Shown here: in pieces, positions 44,919-56,500 of the stretch
Layout: the number at the start of each line of letters is the position of its first letter
Numbering within the stretch: position 1 is the stretch's first letter
Source: a virus
Lineage: Duplodnaviria > Caudoviricetes
Virus record (IMG/VR): IMGVR_UViG_3300035454_001303
Span: 18,187 to 82,186 of that record
Strand: one strand, 5' to 3'
Length of the DNA stretch: 64,000 nt
Position numbers and translations under genes: made by a program
Notes under the pieces: generated by a model
The model's database searches: none
The model's input: the letters and a program-made list of their open reading frames with translations, nothing else
What the model was told of the DNA's origin: nothing

Positions 44919-47012
44919 ATGCCCATTCCGCTCATAAAGAAACTCGCCGAAGAAAATGGCATTGACCTTCCGGAGGCCGAAAAGCGCTGGGAGAAGGCAA
45001 AGAAAATTGCCGAGGAACAGGCTGGTCTTTCCGAAGCCGATGGAGAGGACTACTGGAAGTACGTTGTTGGCGTTTTCAAGAAGTCCATGGGTGTCGGTGA
45101 GGACAATGTTTTGGAAAGCGCAGACGTGCAGCCCTGGGACAAGGAAAGGTTGGCTGTGGCCTATCCCCAAAGAGTCAGGGAGGCAAGATCGTTTTCCGAT
45201 ATCCTTGTGATCTTCTCCGCCCTCTTTCCTTATGCCGTCGATAGCCGACTTTGGGAAGGAGAATATGACGCGGCCAAGAAGTTCCGGGTTCTTTTTGAAG
45301 AGTTCCAGACGGAAACCGATATGGAACTCAAATATGAGATTGCCCAGGAAATGGGGGATCTGGCGAACGCCAACAGGTTCAAGAGCGCTTTTGAGACGAT
45401 GGCCGGTCCGGGGCTTCGGTCCAGCGATCTGGTTATGTTCTCGAATTCGTCCATCGGCGGCTTTCTCCTAAAGAGGAACTGCGAAGACGGCGAACGAATG
45501 GCGGAGTCCATCATCCCCGGTTATGGGGAGAAGTTGAAGACCCGGAACGACATTCAGACGAGCATAGACCAGATCCAGAAGGAATATGATTTTTTGGTTG
45601 CCGACCAGGTGAAAAAGAAAAAAGACGAGATGGACGCCATCCGCAAGGATTGCGGTGCCCTCGATCTACAGACCAGGTCTGCGGCCATGAATGAAGAGCA
45701 TTGGAAATGGGTTGGACAGCATTCCAAAAACATACCTCCGTATGATTCGGAGGAATATGCCAAATGGAAGCAGGAACTTGATGACTACAACAAGGGGTAT
45801 GAAAAGCAGTTCCGTGCATTGATGGACAAATCCTATGAGCTGGAAGATCTTCACGTGAAGCCGGTCCGGGATAAGTGGAATGCCGAACTGAAGGAAGCGG
45901 GAGACAGGAAGGAAAAAGAAATTCATGTCCTGAAGATGGCCCAGCAAGAAATTGATGACATGGTGGGCGGGGCCATTATTGCCAAGATCATAGAAGTATC
46001 ACCCGTGTCGAAGGAAGAGGCCGATCAATGGGCAAAAACCCAAAGGATAAGCAAGTCGGCAATTCTTCGGCTGAAGAAGCAGGGCTATGAAGAGGGAGAT
46101 TTCCGCGAGCACATGGCTGAATTTTATCGGCTGACTGGCGGAAGGGTCGGAAAGGCTTTCATCGAAACCAAGGGAGACAAGAGGGCGAAAGCTGCCTTTT
46201 GGGATGGGACAATTTACATCGACGGGCGGTTCAAGAAACGAACCCTTTTCCACGAAATGGGTCATCTGCTTGAAAGGGAACCCAAACTCGAATCCATGGC
46301 CGAAGCCTTTCGCGATGGCAGGGCCAAGAAAGAAAGCGGAACCAGAACACTGCGAAGCATCACGAAGAATTCCGGCTATCGGTCAGACGAGATCGCTTAT
46401 ACCGATGACTTCTTCGATGCCTATATCGGAAAAGTTTATAGGTACAAGGCCACTGAGGTTCTTTCGATGGGAATGCAGATGTTTGGGGACCCCGGCGATG
46501 CCGCTTTTCTGGCCGGGCGTGATCCGCAGATGTTCAATATGATGGTGGGATTCATGGCTTCCAAGCCGACCGTCCGGGAACTATCAAAGAAAGAGAAGAT
46601 CCAGGAAGTAGCGGCGGATACGATGAATGAACGGGACACCCTTGAAAAATTCTATCAAGTGCTGGCGCGAAAGGCCAAGGATGATTCCTTTTGGGAAGGA
46701 AAGGGCTCGTTGATTTCGAGCCTCGAAGGATACGGCAGAGGGAAAGGAAGCGGAAAAACGATGGCCCTCTATTATTATCCGGGAGACCCGCAAGGACCTG
46801 GTTCGTATGCCCAGTCGAACTTTTTCAAGACCAGGCAGGCCGCTCGTAACTTTGCTTATCTGTATCTCTTGTATGTCCAAAAGGGGATCATAAGCGACCG
46901 AAACGAGGCATCCGTTCTGAGCTACCAGCTCGTCGCGTGCGCGCAGAGGAAGACAATGCCTCCGAAATTGAAAATAGACGATCTGCCAACGTTTATCGAG
47001 GACCTTAAATGA
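44919..47012 (+). CDS. Polyvalent virion protein with zincin metallopeptidase (DdrB C-half-like)
   Basis: Start ATG 44919 just after the ddrA stop; FYRLTGG, LFHEMGHLLE, ATEVLSMGMQ. Confidence 0.75.
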   Translation: MPIPLIKKLAEENGIDLPEAEKRWEKAKKIAEEQAGLSEADGEDYWKYVVGVFKKSMGVGEDNVLESADVQPWDKERLAVAYPQRVREARSFSDILVIFSALFPYAVDSRLWEGEYDAAKKFRVLFEEFQTETDMELKYEIAQEMGDLANANRFKSAFETMAGPGLRSSDLVMFSNSSIGGFLLKRNCEDGERMAESIIPGYGEKLKTRNDIQTSIDQIQKEYDFLVADQVKKKKDEMDAIRKDCGALDLQTRSAAMNEEHWKWVGQHSKNIPPYDSEEYAKWKQELDDYNKGYEKQFRALMDKSYELEDLHVKPVRDKWNAELKEAGDRKEKEIHVLKMAQQEIDDMVGGAIIAKIIEVSPVSKEEADQWAKTQRISKSAILRLKKQGYEEGDFREHMAEFYRLTGGRVGKAFIETKGDKRAKAAFWDGTIYIDGRFKKRTLFHEMGHLLEREPKLESMAEAFRDGRAKKESGTRTLRSITKNSGYRSDEIAYTDDFFDAYIGKVYRYKATEVLSMGMQMFGDPGDAAFLAGRDPQMFNMMVGFMASKPTVRELSKKEKIQEVAADTMNERDTLEKFYQVLARKAKDDSFWEGKGSLISSLEGYGRGKGSGKTMALYYYPGDPQGPGSYAQSNFFKTRQAARNFAYLYLLYVQKGIISDRNEASVLSYQLVACAQRKTMPPKLKIDDLPTFIEDLK

Positions 47013-50000
47013 ATGAAGATTTTAAATATCCGGTAACGCCGTATGTCTTCGATATAGAGACATCCACGGGCGATTTGCGGATTGAAATAGAGCCAACGGA
47101 GTTTGACGCTTCGTCATTATTCAAGATCAAGACCTATGGAGGGAACGAAGCGCCCGCGCTGGAGCTGAAGAGGTATTTCAACGATTTCGGCTTCGGCATG
47201 AGAGGGCATAGAATAGACCTGGAAGGCGATACAGCCTTCCCAACTGACATTTATCATGTGTTGACCATGAGCCAGACCTATCTGCAGGAAGGAAAGCAAA
47301 GGAGCATTCTTGATTTTCAGGTATCGGGATTTATTCCACCTGAAGGATATGCCGACTTGCTTCCCGATTCGGACGATGAAGAGGCGGCTGTGCTCGAATC
47401 CGCCCGAATCGACAGGGAGGCCCATAAAGCGGCGGCATCTCCAAAGAATAACCTCCCTGAGCCCACGGATGCCCAAAAAGAAGCCGGAAATTACCAAAAA
47501 GGCCATGTGAAAATTCTCGGCCTGGATATCGCCATTGAGAATCCTGCCGGGTCCGAACGATCAGGCGTCGACCGGGATGGAAAGAGATGGTCATCGCGCC
47601 TGAATCACCATTACGGCTACATCAAGGGAACAAAGGGGCGCGACAAAGACCACCTTGATGTTTTCCTTGGGCCGGATCCTGAAGATGAGGACAAGGTATT
47701 CATCGTCAACCAGACAGATCCGGCAACGGGTGCCTTCGATGAGCATAAGATCATGATGGGGTTCTCTTCGGAAGAAGAGGCCCGGGCCGCTTACCTGTCT
47801 AATTACGATGAGGAGTGGCAGGGACTTGGATCAATCTGCACCCTTTTCATTGATGAATTCAAGGATTGGCTGAAGAACGGAGACACGACGGTCCCCGTTG
47901 AACGTGGGGAGTCTGGATCGTATAAGCAGGACCCCTCATGGGTTGGAGTTGATCTGGACGGCACCCTTGCGCACTATGATAGCTGGGTTGGCGATGACCA
48001 TATCGGCGAGCCTATTCCCCTCATGATGACCTTTGTCAGGCATCTACTCAAAGAAGGGAAGCGGGTAAAAATCTTTACCGCTCGCGCCTCCGACCCGGAG
48101 AAAGTTGTTCCTGTGAAGGAATGGCTTGAAAAGCATGGCCTTGGAGATCTCGAAGTGACGAACATCAAAGATCACAATATGACCATGCTGTACGACGACC
48201 GAGCGGCAAAGGTCATTGCCAATATGGGGGTGATTCTCGAGAAGGCGCGCGAACAAGCGATCCTTGAACGAGGGGAAGATTTCCGGGGAGCGGTCCAAGG
48301 AGCACTTTCCTTTGATGATATCGAGAGCGTATTTGCGGCGACATTTGGCCCCATCGTGGTCAAGAGGTTCCTCTTCGGGGAAATTTCGGAGCTGGAAAAC
48401 CTGATAAGGTCAATGCGTGCCAAGATTGCGAAGGTTGCGGGCGGCGATGTCATTGAATCAGGCGAAAACGGGATGGAAATGGGCGAAAAAACAACCGCCT
48501 ATCTGAACGACAACACGCCAGTTGAACTTCAATATGCTGTGATCGAAGCGGATCGGCTGATTACATCTCATACGGACGAAATGTCCCTCAATGCTGACTT
48601 CTCCCAAGATCTTCAACCCCGTGACCGCTCCCGGGAGGGCATGAAGTTCCAGGTTGAACAGATGGCCGGAAAGCTCAATCCGGAACGGCTGGGAGAGTCC
48701 ACAAGCGTTTCGACGGGCGCTCCGATCATAGGTCGGGATCTGACAGTTGAATCGGGAAACGGAAGAACGATAGCCATACGAAAAGCCTATGCCATGGGGG
48801 ACAAGGGGCAGGAATATAAGCAATGGCTCTTGGATAATTCCGAACGGTTCGGGATTTCCTTTATAGCTGTGGGAAAGATGGATAGGCCAGTTCTTGTCCG
48901 CATACGCCTCACGGAGATTGACCGTGCCGAATTTGCGCGGAAAGCGAATGAAGACGAGATCGCGCAAATGGCACCTTCCGAGCTGGCAAGGGCCGATGCC
49001 GCCAAATTGACAGATGACGACATCGCTCTCTTTCAGCCGTCCGAGGATGGGAATATTGCCGCCACGACAAACAGGGCCTTCATTACCAGGTTCTTTGAGA
49101 AGATGGGCGCCACCGCGTCGACCGGGTACATGACGAAGGATGGAGGATACACAAAGCAGCTCGTTGACCGGATTCAAGCCGCTATATTCCAGAAGGCGTA
49201 CCAGGATGACAACCTTTTGGCCCTCATGGCCGAAGAATCGGACCCTAAAATCAAGAACATCTTGAGCGCAATGACCATTGCGGCAGGCGAGTTTTCGAGA
49301 GCCAAGGCGATTGACCCCACCCTTATGGGGATAGACATCCCCCGGCATGTTATCGAAGCGGCGAAGCTGATCAAAAAGTCGCGAGAAGATAACCAGGCCA
49401 TCGAAGAGGCTCTTGCGCAGGGCGGCCTATTTGAAGACATTTCCGAAGACACGAAGAGCATCACCCTGTTTATCGACAAGAACATCAGGTCTGCAAGACG
49501 GATCGGGGCAGTTCTCAAAGAGGCTGCACGAATCCTGCGGAAGATCCTGATTGACGAGAAAGAGCCGAAGCTGATCGACACCGGGGCCGAACTTCCTACT
49601 CCCGCAAAGATCATTGACCTTGCTATTGAGAAAGAAAAGTCCATGAACGCAGGCGGCGGGAATCTCTTTGAGGGGGCCGCTGAATTCGACTGGAGAGGGG
49701 CTGTCAACGGCGCGCTGTCGATTGAGGAAATCTTCTATATTTTTGAAAGGATATTCCCTCTGGCAACGAAAATGGTGGAAGTTCATAAGGAGCCGTGGGA
49801 AATGACGATAGCTGAATTTTGGGAAAAGCATCCCGAAATTCTATCGGAACCTCAAGCCTACGCCATCCATTTCACGGACATCCAGGACGCGATAAAGGCA
49901 GGGAAGTTCATCCCCATAGAAGTCCTGAATGAATATCGGAAAATTCTTCCATCCAAAGCACAGGTCATAAGGGCTGTACGCAACTTCGCCGGCAAGCTCA

Positions 50001-50536
50001 TAGGAAGAATTTCAGAACCTTATGACGGGACCGAGGAAGGCATGTATCGCGCCGGCCAAAGATTAGAAGAGAGAATGTGGCAGGAATTCCCCGATGCGTC
50101 CGGGATCAACAGCATGACGGGGGCCACCGATCTTGACGGAAACCCGAAGTGGGCCATATCGCCGAACCTTAAGCATATCGCTGAATTGGGAACGGACCAG
50201 GCAAGTTACATTTGGGGCGACATAGACGCTTTCAAGCGCGGGGAAACGCGAAAGGCAAAGCAGATCCAAAATGACGTGAAAGAACAGACAATCGTTGATT
50301 TCGATAATGTCTGGAAGCTGCCCCTGGATACCGTAGTGCAGATTGAATACCAGGGGAAACCTTGGCGAAAGGCGCTTCTGTCCGATATGGAGGCCGGCGT
50401 TATCTATTATGAGAACTTGAGGGGCGGTGGATGGCAGAAAAAGCCCATAGCTCCGCAGCACTTTAGACAATTTATCAGCATGACAAAAGAAAAAGACTAC
50501 AGAATTATTGTATTAGATAAAGGGGGTTTTAAATGA
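47009..50536 (+). CDS. ddrB: Polyvalent protein: InPase domain, HAD phosphatase, DdrB-type ParB domain and others
   Basis: EAGNYQKGH...YGYIKGT.G.DKDHLDVF...FDEHK.M.G; GVDLDGTLA...FTAR; LQPRDRSR...GAPII...VESGNGRT. Confidence 0.8.
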   Translation: MNEDFKYPVTPYVFDIETSTGDLRIEIEPTEFDASSLFKIKTYGGNEAPALELKRYFNDFGFGMRGHRIDLEGDTAFPTDIYHVLTMSQTYLQEGKQRSILDFQVSGFIPPEGYADLLPDSDDEEAAVLESARIDREAHKAAASPKNNLPEPTDAQKEAGNYQKGHVKILGLDIAIENPAGSERSGVDRDGKRWSSRLNHHYGYIKGTKGRDKDHLDVFLGPDPEDEDKVFIVNQTDPATGAFDEHKIMMGFSSEEEARAAYLSNYDEEWQGLGSICTLFIDEFKDWLKNGDTTVPVERGESGSYKQDPSWVGVDLDGTLAHYDSWVGDDHIGEPIPLMMTFVRHLLKEGKRVKIFTARASDPEKVVPVKEWLEKHGLGDLEVTNIKDHNMTMLYDDRAAKVIANMGVILEKAREQAILERGEDFRGAVQGALSFDDIESVFAATFGPIVVKRFLFGEISELENLIRSMRAKIAKVAGGDVIESGENGMEMGEKTTAYLNDNTPVELQYAVIEADRLITSHTDEMSLNADFSQDLQPRDRSREGMKFQVEQMAGKLNPERLGESTSVSTGAPIIGRDLTVESGNGRTIAIRKAYAMGDKGQEYKQWLLDNSERFGISFIAVGKMDRPVLVRIRLTEIDRAEFARKANEDEIAQMAPSELARADAAKLTDDDIALFQPSEDGNIAATTNRAFITRFFEKMGATASTGYMTKDGGYTKQLVDRIQAAIFQKAYQDDNLLALMAEESDPKIKNILSAMTIAAGEFSRAKAIDPTLMGIDIPRHVIEAAKLIKKSREDNQAIEEALAQGGLFEDISEDTKSITLFIDKNIRSARRIGAVLKEAARILRKILIDEKEPKLIDTGAELPTPAKIIDLAIEKEKSMNAGGGNLFEGAAEFDWRGAVNGALSIEEIFYIFERIFPLATKMVEVHKEPWEMTIAEFWEKHPEILSEPQAYAIHFTDIQDAIKAGKFIPIEVLNEYRKILPSKAQVIRAVRNFAGKLIGRISEPYDGTEEGMYRAGQRLEERMWQEFPDASGINSMTGATDLDGNPKWAISPNLKHIAELGTDQASYIWGDIDAFKRGETRKAKQIQNDVKEQTIVDFDNVWKLPLDTVVQIEYQGKPWRKALLSDMEAGVIYYENLRGGGWQKKPIAPQHFRQFISMTKEKDYRIIVLDKGGFK

Positions 50537-53500
50537 TTCTTGAAAGGGCGGTCCCGGATTGGAAATCCAAAGTTCAGGCGGCAAGTAACTTCTTCGACAT
50601 CGCGACGGTAATCAAGACCCTTTTCGATCTGCAAACGATCCCTGGCCAGGAGCCGCCGAAAGATCCGAACGACTACAAAGATGAAGGATCTGACTATGGG
50701 TTGAAGGTCAAAGGCATCAAGGCCCGCGAGAGGATCAACGCGCAAGCGCGGGAGGTTATAACACGCGTGCAGGACCCGGGCGACCTGACAGATAAGGACC
50801 GGGAAGTTCTGAAGCAATATTCCGGGCGCGGTGGCCTTACCGAAAATTCCCAGTTTGAATACTACACGCCAACCCACGTGGCAGAGGGTCTATGGGACGG
50901 TATCATGGCCAATGGATTCCAGAACGGGAACGTTCTTGATCCTTGCACGGGTGCCGGTGTGTTCTCGGCGACGAAACCAAAAGGGGCGATCATAACCGGC
51001 GCGGATATCGATCCGGTCGGATCGAAGGTGTCCCAGCTTCTGAATCCCGGAGACCTGATCAAGAATCAGTCATTTGAAAAAACAGTCATGGAGACCCCGG
51101 ATGATTCCTTTGACGCTGTTGTCGGGAATGTTCCGTTTGGAAATGCGCGCGGGGCGAGCGCCCATGAAGACCAGGACTATAAAGATGAAAAGCGGATTGA
51201 GCGCTACTTCATTCTCAGGGCCTTGGACAAGGTAAAGCCTGGCGGTCTATGCTGCTTTGTCGTTCCCATCAACATCGTGGGCGCCAAAGGAGGGCAGTGG
51301 GAAAAGTTCAGGATTGCCGTCAGCAAGAAGGCGGAATTTCTTGGAGCCCATAAGCTCCCATCGAAGACATTCAGCACACAGGGGACTGATACCGTTGTTG
51401 ATATTGTCGTCTTCAGGAAGCATCCGAGAGAGTTTCTGGATAAGGCAGACACCATTCCATTCAATACCTTGAAGGCCGCGAAGGTCGTATGGGACGAATT
51501 CATCAGCGGTCAATACTGGATCGGCGAAGGCCGCCCCTTCATCATGGGGAAATGGGTCCCGAAGATCGAAGGCGACCGCTGGAGCCGTGAAGTTGTGGAT
51601 GGAGACATCGACAATGCCAGCCTGAAAGCGCGCCTTGCTCAGCGCTTCGATTCTCGTATTGATTGGGACCTGCTGGAGACGGCGGAGCCCATCATACGGA
51701 ATTATGCGGAGGGAGACCGAAAAATCATCAATGGTGTCGAATATGAGATGAAAAGCGGGCAGTGGTCTCGCGTCATCAAGATCGAGGACACTTCGTTGCC
51801 CATCGACAAGGAAAGGTATGGAGCGGGCACGCTTGATGAGTTGAAAGCAGCCCTGTCATCTTCAAAGGGGGCGTTGGTCCTGTCGGCAAAGCAAGTTTTT
51901 GCCGTCTTCAAGGCATTCCCTGAATTTCTGAGCCCCTTGCAGAAAGCATCCATTGAATTCGCCATGAGCCAGCCCAAGGAAGAATATCAGGAACAGATCT
52001 TTCGGGGATCGATCATCGGGGGGATGATTGCCCGATATCAGAATGCCATGAACGACGGGACCACCGAAGACGTGGACCGCCTTGAGCTGCAAGAGCTTGT
52101 CGCCAAAGAGATCGACACCTATGGACACCCGAAAAATAACAAAGGCTTACTCATAACCGGCGAATCCTCGAAGATGTTTGGCCTCTTCAGGAATGCCGTC
52201 GATGAGAAGGGTAAGTTTTCTGACCTGTTATCCGGCACCATAGACGGATCGGGAGGCTCCCTGGAATATGATTCCACAAACCTTCAGGCCATTGTTGAAC
52301 ACCTCTTCGTTCGCGAGGGGATTCAGGAGATAGAGCTTGAGGATGTGCAAAAGCTCTATACCGGCAAACGAGAAATCAAGTCCCTCTCGGATCTTGCCGA
52401 TGATGACGCCCTTGCAATAACGCCGGATGGACTTATTGTCCCGATGGGGCGCTACACGGTCGGCGATATCTATCCGAAAGTTCAGGCCATGAATGACGCC
52501 CTGGCCGTGGAGACCGACGAGAAGCTCAAAGACAAGTATATGAGGCAGATTGATGAGATTATGCGCCGGCGTAAAACGACCAAGCCGGAAGACATCTCTT
52601 TCGACATGCGCCAGAAATGGTACAGCAAAAAGTATGTTGTCGATTTCCTGCGTGAAAACGGATACCCGCGTCTTTCCTATGGAGTTCTTGAAGAGGCCGT
52701 TCGGGAGGACCCGTACAGCGGGAAGCAGTTCACCACCAGCGTTCTGAAAGAGGATTACGAAAACCCATTCGGGCGGTTCTACGGCATTGACGACAGCAAG
52801 GGCGGGTTCCCAAAGCAATTCCTGAAGTATCTCAATGGCGAAAACGTGACATCTTCGGGGGAAGATGCCCAAGAGCGGATCAAGGAATATAAGGACCGTT
52901 GCCGCGTTCTCGAAGAGCAATTCAATGTCTGGATGCAACAGCACACCGAAATCAATGAGATCACGGAGCAATACAACCGGAAGTTCAACGGGTTTACGGC
53001 ATTCGACTATGAGGATGCGGACCTGAAATTGAAGGACGTTTCTCCCCAGGTAAGGCTTCATGGATACCAAAACGCGGCAGTTCGTCGCCTATCCGAAGAG
53101 GGGCGCGGAATCCTGGCCCACAATGTCGGCCTCGGGAAGACCTATTCGGCTCTCGGGCTATATGCCTACAATAGAAAGCTCGGCAGATCAAAGAAGACGT
53201 GTATCACGGTTCCAAAATCAGTGCTGGGGAACTGGTATCATGAATCGAAGAAATTCCTTGGAACCCATGACAATGTTCTTTTTGTCGGCTTTGAACCGAA
53301 GGTCGGTAAGGATGGCCAGATCGAACAGGAAGTTGTCAAGGACGAAAAGGGAAGCCCGAAGCTCAACAAATATACCGGGCAATTCGAGTACCAGGACGTG
53401 CTTGTGGAACGAAACAGCAAGGAAGATGTTTGGGAGGCCATGTGGAAGATCCCCCAGGCTAACTTCTCCCTGGTTGTGATGACGAAGGAAAAATTCGGCA

Positions 53501-56500
53501 TGATCCCCATGAGGCCGGATAGTAAGCGTTCCTATGCCGACAAGATGGTTCAGCGGTCATTGATCAGCGAGAAGATGCACGCTGCGGCAATAGCGGAGAA
53601 TGCACAGCCCGCCGAAAACGAAAAAGGAAGGCAGGCCGGCAAGGTTTCCTATGATGAAGATGTCGCCAAGACTCGATTGGAACAACAATTCTCTGACGAG
53701 GGGACAGCCAAGAAAGACGAACTTCCTTATTTTGAGGATATGGGTTTTACAGACGTTATCATTGACGAATGCCACGAATTCAAGAACAACATGCTTGGTG
53801 GCGAGCATTATCAAGATGTGGCCTATCTCCCCACGGCACCGCCTGCAAAGCGCGCTCTTGATATGACCATGAAGATGGCCTACCTGCGGGACTCCAATAA
53901 TGGACGAGGGGCCTACATGCTTTCCGCGACACCGGTCACGAACAGTCCCTTCGAGATCTTCAACATGTTGTCCTATGTTTGCCCGCTGGAAGAGTTCGAG
54001 AGATACGGAATCTATACGCCCGATGACTTCATCCGGACATTCGGAAATATCACGAGCGTTGACAAGATGATGGTTGACGGCAGCATCAAGTCGAAGGACG
54101 GCCTTACCGGGTTCAAGATGCTGGATGGCCTGCGGACCATGTTCCATAAATACGTGAACATGAAAAGCGCCGAAGACTTCCCGGATCAGATCAAGCTCCC
54201 GCCGCACGAGGAAGTCAATCTCGATATCGAACTGACCGAAGAACAGAAACGGGCCTATGAGAGCTTGCGCGAACGAGCGAAGGAGGCGGCAAAGCCCCCA
54301 CAGAAGGGCGAGAAAAAAGAGAGCATGTTTTCCGTCATCCGCGATATGGATCGGGTGACTACCGATATGGACCTCTACAACAAGACGATGACCTTCATTT
54401 TCAGAGGATCGGACAAGGAAAACGTGGACGCCCTGGTGAAGAGCCTTCCCAAGACAATCAAGGTCAAGAGGGTCCTGGACGATGAGGAAATGGAGGCCCT
54501 TGGGCTTGATCCCGAAATGAATAAGGGCCGGGCTCAGGAAATCACCATAAAGCTCGAAATTTCATCCCGGATGGAAAACGGAAACTATGTCGCGATCTTC
54601 CCGAAGGAATACGAAAACATGGTTGTGGACCGGATCCCGCAAAACAACATTGCGATAGAGAACGTTTCGCACCCCCTCATGCCGAAATATGCCCGGCTGA
54701 TTGAAAACCTTCGATCCGATCTGGAGGCGGACGGGAAGCAGATCATCTTCACTGAAGAAAAATCCCAGCATCAGAAGATTCTCCGTCTGGTCGTGCACCA
54801 CATTCCGACCATTGCCAAGCTGATCGGTATTATCAATGCTGAAGAGGCGAAGGGCGAAGAGCTTCAGAAAATTTCCGACGAGTACAATTCGGGGAACCTG
54901 AAGTTCGTGATCTGCAACAAAAAGGCCGAGGTTGGCGTAAACCTTCAGAAGGGCACCACAGCCATTCACCACTTAACCCTTCCTTGGACGCCGGCGAGCA
55001 TTCAACAGAGGAACGGGAGAGGCGTCCGGCAGGGAAATACGGCACCCATGATCCACGTCTATTACTACTGCGGGAAGGGGTCCTTCGATGCCTACCGTCT
55101 TGAAATATTGAAGGCGAAATCGAACTGGATGAGCGACCTTTTCAACGGCACCGAAGCGACGGCAGAGAATGCGAATGCCCTCAGTCAAGATGAAATGATG
55201 GATATGTTGGAAGCCGATCCGGAGGCCGCAAAGAAACGCCGCCTTGAAAGGCTGGCGGCACGGCAGGCGGAAGAAGCGGAGAAAGAGCGCCGCCGCCTGG
55301 CCAATCAACTACAGATGCTTTCACAGGCAAGCGCCGACCTCGCTGGCCTTGATGCGGAGAAAGAGGCAGAGCGCGAGCGGTTGCAGAAGCGTATCCCGGA
55401 GCTTGAAGCTGAAATCAAGAGGCTCCAGGAACGTGGTTTGGCTACCGAAGGGGATGAGCGGGCACGGCTTGGGAGCCAGATCATTGATAAGCAACAAACT
55501 CTGAAGAATTTCAATGCAAAGCTCGGTTCATTGGATCAGACCTTTGAGGACAAAAGGGTAAGATTGACATCGGTGGTCAAACAGACATCGGGCCTACTGA
55601 AACAGAAAGCTAAAAAGGGGCAGCTCCCATTCAACGAATCATTGATCGAAAAACCGGAGAATGCCTGCGTTACGCTGAGCGGCAAGGTGGTAGCCGTTGA
55701 TGACTGCTATGAGTACAAGGATGATTACGAGCAAGGGATCATTAAAGTCGTTGCCGTCGATCCGGTACGGAGGTCTTTCAAATATGAGGATATCACCGGG
55801 CGAATCGGGACAAGAGACCTTGAGCGCGCGCCCGATAACTGGGGCTGGTATCTGGCAAGCAGCTTATCCAGGATGGAAGAGAAGGGCTTGAAGAAGGTCT
55901 CGTATTCCGAAAAAGAGCTGAATCTCAAAAGGGCTCTTTCGGAAGAACATGACTATGAATCCCTTGTTGACGGGAAACTAGACAAAGAGACGTTCCTTGA
56001 TCACAGGAATGATATTCGCTGGAGTGTTTATAGTCAGTACGTCGTCAGGGGACAGGATGGTAAGATTGCTGTCGTGAGCGGATCTGACTTCAGGAATTCC
56101 GAGAAAGGTCTCTCCGCAGCGATCATCTACCCGGAAAAGGGCAACGAAGACTTCAGGAAAGGCGTGTGTGAAGCCTATCTTGCCGCCCGGCGTGATGGCG
56201 ACACATATTCCATGCGGAACATAATGGAAAGCCTCTTCGGGAAAAATTATGACGAAGTGGCCCTCGGGTACGGGAAGAAGGCTACGGATTCCGAAGTCCT
56301 GGAGGTGTGCGCCAAGGCGTGGGCTGATTATACAAAGGATCAGCAATATGGCTATGCCAGCATGGACGAACTTGTGAACGATCTTGCCGATGGAAAGACG
56401 CGCCTCGGTTACATTCTTAAAGAAGTGGCAAACCTGGCAGGCTCGCGAACCCAGGACCTTGGGGACAACATCAGCGAAATCGGGAATATCGTCCATCAGT

